Of a stretch of 64,000 nucleotides of DNA, positions 61,301 through 64,000 are shown in pieces (position 1 is the first letter of the stretch; the number at the start of each line of letters is the position of its first letter). Made by a program: the position numbers and the translations under genes. The notes under the pieces were generated by a model. That model did not search any database. It was not told where the DNA came from and saw only the letters and a list, made by a program, of their open reading frames with translations. This stretch comes from an uncultured Gammaproteobacteria bacterium (GTDB lineage Bacteria > Patescibacteriota > Microgenomatia > UBA8517), in the NCBI GenBank assembly GCA_964645605.1, contig CAZYCE010000005.1, positions 362 through 64,361 on the forward strand. The letters are read 5' to 3'.

Positions 61301-62931
61301 CCCTTAATGAAGGATTACACCAAATAAAAGTACAAGCAGTAGATAATGCAGGAAATGTGTCTGCATGGACATCGTTATGTAATATAACATCTGATACGAT
61401 TGCACCAGATATACAAATAACCGCACCAACATCTACTCACCTAACAGGTATAGTAGAAATTAAAGGTACTGTCACTGACGCAAATCCACATCACTATTGG
61501 TTTGTAATTGAAAATAGCTTAGGGCTGAGAATAGTTAATCTAGGCCAAATAAATGACTCAACCTCTTTTACGAATAAGCTACTTCTTACCTGGGATACAA
61601 ACTCACTCCCTGATGGACAATACACAATAAAATTAGAAGCTAGAGATTCTGCAGACAACAAAGATAGTGGTTCAGTACAGTGGTTATTTGTAACAGTTGA
61701 CAATACGAAACCAACTGTAGATTTGCAATTAAATGTTAATGATCAGGGTTTTAAAGCAGTCTTTAGTGAAGATGTAAACGCAGTAGATGCAACCAATTCT
61801 GCTAATTACTTCTTAAAAAACTGGCCTACAGTTGAAAATACGAGTGGTGATCTATCGGGAGATGCCAATATTATCTATAATTCGGCAAATAAAACAGCAA
61901 CAATAAGCTTAACTCATGACAATTGGCACATCTCTCCGGAACAAGAATGGGGAGTAAAGAACATTCATGATTTGGCCGGTAATTTATTAAGTCCTTATAG
62001 TGAATATTCAACGCCAAATGAAAATCCTGAGGGATCATGGGTAAACCCAACGGAAGGTGGTGTTGTTTCCGGAAATGTTGCTTTAAACTTTAAAGCTGAT
62101 GATGGATCCAATGGTTCCGGAATCAAAGATATCACTTATAAATACAAGGCGGTGGGGGAGGCTAATTTTAGCAATATTATTGGAAACTCTTGGAACACAA
62201 CAGGGCTTACACTTGATGATTATATTCTAAGAGCAATCGTTACTGACAATGCAGGTAATGTCGCAGGAGATAAGGGAGAATTTGATATAAAAGTAGGCGT
62301 AGCCGCTGTTGCTTCGAATCTAAGAACCTCGTCTCCGTATCCGGGTGAAATTGTCATTTCCTGGCATACAAACCATCCGACAACATCGCAAGTTGTCTAT
62401 GACACAATGCCTCACTTTACAGCCGACTCCAGTCTTCAAAATTACGGCTACGCGTCTTCAACAGGCAAAGATACTAATAAAGTATCTGACCATTCGGTTA
62501 CGATCACAGGTCTTCAGCAGGGAGTTCCTTATTATTTCAGAACACTATCTGAAGGTTCTCCTGTAGCGATAAGTGCTGAATCGTCCTTTAGAACACTGAC
62601 AAGTGCAGGCGCTCCCGGGCCTTCGGGCAATGCGGGTGGGGGAGTTTCGGGTATTACCGCACCTACACTGCTTCCTGGCCAAACCCAAGGATTAGCCTTA
62701 GCATACACAGAATCTGAAAATAATAACTTACAAGCCGCATTGGAAGAAGTTGCGGCAGATAATCCCGATGCTCTTGGCGCATCGCAAACACCTACTCCCG
62801 AAGTTCTGGGTACTGAAACAAGTACTAGTAATAATACATGGAAAATTATTTCTATTATCGTTGCGGTAGTTCTGGTAGTCGGTTACGGATTCTACAGACT
62901 AAACAAAAAAGCAAAATTTGAAATCCGTTAG
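58354..62931 (+). CDS. Giant surface protein: signal peptide, PT linker, parallel beta-helix, tandem Ig-like/FN3 domains, C-terminal TM
   Basis: TIKAAINAA..GDTINVAAGTY.E, Asn-ladder repeats, DATHNWWG, repeated D.T.P and D.AGN motifs, TM plus basic tail. Confidence 0.85.
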   Translation: MKKLSSFIATFSLLANSVFAPLSVLAEESPSPEPTQTPADITIAPSKSPSPAPISLPEVVTTNEATPTSTPTPIPEISALETIPTPIPTSAPETNNFSDLENIQTSETSATLVPTSEWTFEKVELNKEYESRGVKLTFTKLPENSGNIKIEEITLTPEQIKQTGSLSDKAYDITSDMADGSFTYNLTLPVPESAKDKNVDVKFAEDISEINSAQTVDNTIINTATSVSVSALDHFTIFVVTTPVQDPGGACIDVTGATSTDKCFNTIKAAINAAIAGDTINVAAGTYFENININKSVVLEGIGDTIIKPDVPSQPIITISTSGVSIKNIDIVGTDSNSHGIYVQGSGHNTILTNVSSTHNGGNGIEVSISGTLNDIKLNNCNLSYNNIGFRTGTSSGIKGLTLTDVIADYNQTAGLYFNGPITGLNLKGGSYSYNKGSSDPTNGVGIYATQFNNFDTSNQLSITLEDFSADNNTRGVILNKTYGPFSILNASVSNNSEEGITFAPGKDISSEIRLDNLIVNNNSLSNLWVISYGTFHISNLKISNSEFKDSKDNSSLGRGYGLWLDVFADSHLSGVEVKGNDFTGNNTGIYLNTRTSSGTLTNITIEENNIFGNTQAGVNNVSSTVVDATHNWWGHITGPSRTDVGSGDSVSANVTYQEWLCGPYPTNSNWVSEVGVCKLEAPTQTGYNINDGTTESEPRNPNQIACTGGYTNINGMSVHWTDMSNGDPLMKYIRQYSTNGVNWYGNEIYSKPYTNYRSFGSGIEGKYYSQVKAFYDVDNDNIYDTNEPISGWSNICSITFDKTTPTISNVNVDKTFVKAGDTVTITANVTDNGGVSAVSADFSYNENYTSRPTPTSVTMTKTSGNTYQVQYTVPSSWSDGTMYIKVAANDLTGSNLVRSTEYKTVLVDNTPPSTPQMLGFNNPTLSCGAITSANVVTVDWSDSTDDLGSGVKGYNYEINYPTTTGGRATYNAFFTISEYRGSLNEGLHQIKVQAVDNAGNVSAWTSLCNITSDTIAPDIQITAPTSTHLTGIVEIKGTVTDANPHHYWFVIENSLGLRIVNLGQINDSTSFTNKLLLTWDTNSLPDGQYTIKLEARDSADNKDSGSVQWLFVTVDNTKPTVDLQLNVNDQGFKAVFSEDVNAVDATNSANYFLKNWPTVENTSGDLSGDANIIYNSANKTATISLTHDNWHISPEQEWGVKNIHDLAGNLLSPYSEYSTPNENPEGSWVNPTEGGVVSGNVALNFKADDGSNGSGIKDITYKYKAVGEANFSNIIGNSWNTTGLTLDDYILRAIVTDNAGNVAGDKGEFDIKVGVAAVASNLRTSSPYPGEIVISWHTNHPTTSQVVYDTMPHFTADSSLQNYGYASSTGKDTNKVSDHSVTITGLQQGVPYYFRTLSEGSPVAISAESSFRTLTSAGAPGPSGNAGGGVSGITAPTLLPGQTQGLALAYTESENNNLQAALEEVAADNPDALGASQTPTPEVLGTETSTSNNTWKIISIIVAVVLVVGYGFYRLNKKAKFEIR

Positions 62932-62966
62932 TCTGATAGTATAATCGGAAATTAGATGAAGAAATT
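62932..62966 (+). repeat. 35-bp exact direct repeat, copy 2
   Basis: Identical to 58330-58364. Confidence 0.95.
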
Positions 62967-63342
62967 AATCTCATTTCTGGCAGCTTCCACCGTTCTTCTG
63001 AATTCAGTACTTGCCCCCGTGTCCGTTTTAGCTCAAGAGACAACTCCAACACCCGAAGCAACAACTGCCCCGACTGAACAGCCAACGGTAACCCCTGATG
63101 CGACCACTTCTGAAATCGCAACACCGACTCCAATTGAAACAATGGACCCTGAAGCAACACCAAGCCCAACTCCTACGGCAACAATATCGCCGAATAATGT
63201 TGTTAATAAGATCAATGAGTTTGCTGCGACCACCCCCCAGCCCTTCAGATGGATTCTAACGCACAAAAAGATCACAATCGGCATTCTCTTTCTGGGTGCC
63301 GCCGCATATTTATTTTTAAGAGGAAAGTCCCGCAATAAATAA
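62956..63342 (+). CDS. Short paralogue of the giant surface protein (signal peptide, PT stalk, TM only)
   Basis: MKKLISFLAASTVLLNSVLAPVSVLAQE versus MKKLSSFIATFSLLANSVFAPLSVLAEE. Confidence 0.8.
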   Translation: MKKLISFLAASTVLLNSVLAPVSVLAQETTPTPEATTAPTEQPTVTPDATTSEIATPTPIETMDPEATPSPTPTATISPNNVVNKINEFAATTPQPFRWILTHKKITIGILFLGAAAYLFLRGKSRNK

Positions 63343-63536
63343 AATAAATAGATGGATGGATGGATGGAATAAGTAGATTCCCACTCAAATTTTTGGATAT
63401 GACACTCAAGGACAGTCCTTGTTAACTTATAGGAAGGTTCCCATTGCTTCTGGTGAGTAGAAAGGATAAAATGTAGTGAGGCTAAGTTAGCCTCGATTAT
63501 TTTTTGACAAATTTATTGATTTGATATTTTTTTAAT

Positions 63537-64000
63537 ATGAGTACAAACGATATTGGCAAAATACTGCCCACAGAAATAACTTCTGAATTATCAAGATCTT
63601 ATGTAGATTACGCAATGAGCGTTATCGTTGCCCGTGCTCTTCCCGACGTTAGAGACGGTATGAAGCCGGTTCATAGACGTATTCTTTTTGCGATGCACAC
63701 GATGGGGCTTCACTTCAGCTCCTCAGGAACCACAAAATCCGCCAAGGTCGTTGGAGAAGTGTTGGGTAAATACCATCCGCATGGAGATTCGGCCGTATAT
63801 GACGCCATGGTGCGTCTGGCACAGGATTTCTCAATGCGCTATCCATTAGTCCACGGTCAGGGAAACTTCGGGTCTGTTGATGGAGATCCGGCAGCGGCCA
63901 TGCGTTATACGGAAGTTAAGCTTGCCAAAGTATCTGACGCCATGCTCTCCGATATTGAAAAAGATACCGTAGATTTTGTTGATACATTTGACGCAACAAT
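63537..64000 (+). CDS. gyrA: DNA gyrase subunit A (5' part, truncated by the window)
   Basis: [48 protein letters not shown]. Confidence 0.97.
   Translation, partial: MSTNDIGKILPTEITSELSRSYVDYAMSVIVARALPDVRDGMKPVHRRILFAMHTMGLHFSSSGTTKSAKVVGEVLGKYHPHGDSAVYDAMVRLAQDFSMRYPLVHGQGNFGSVDGDPAAAMRYTEVKLAKVSDAMLSDIEKDTVDFVDTFDAT

Noticed and set aside
63349-63500. (GATG)4 microsatellite and the GAGGCTAA-G-TTAGCCTC hairpin upstream of gyrA
   Set aside because: The repeat is not inside a credible ORF or promoter spacer, and the hairpin has no T-tract; no function can be supported.
63770-63810. Quinolone-resistance substitutions in GyrA
   Set aside because: HGDSAVYD keeps Ser and Asp at the positions equivalent to 83 and 87.

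Overview
This looks like a chromosomal segment of a small-genome Patescibacteria (CPR) organism, probably Microgenomates/Woesebacteria-like. That placement is inferred from gene style, the DUF5660-like and LytR_C-like proteins, the shortened tig/pheT/holB genes and the large pilin array. Standard code 11 fits the sequence. The first ~22 kb is a tRNA-rich accessory region with 14 tRNAs, several decayed genes, pyrG, an archaeal/eukaryotic-type DRG GTPase, dinB with a small partner gene, and secreted cell-wall hydrolases. It is followed by a translation core (typA, thrS-infC-rpmI-rplT, pheST, tyrS, recG, rpmF, nusB, an ACP-like gene, rnc, rpsP, khpA). After that come a complete type IV pilus locus, holB-gyrB, a membrane pyrophosphatase, a sortase with a giant surface protein and a short paralogue, and the start of gyrA. 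The most unusual signals are: (1) a tRNA-Leu with an AAG anticodon and four tRNAs with C55 in the T-loop; (2) a promoter-hairpin-terminator RNA ahead of a cell-wall hydrolase, and a long structured thrS leader; (3) palindromic repeats inserted in frame in dinB and pilD; (4) a recurring AAYTGCC motif upstream of pilus genes; (5) a sortase/adhesin cassette with a duplicated promoter and signal peptide and no LPxTG motif. All family assignments come from motif recognition by eye; no searches or folding programs were run.
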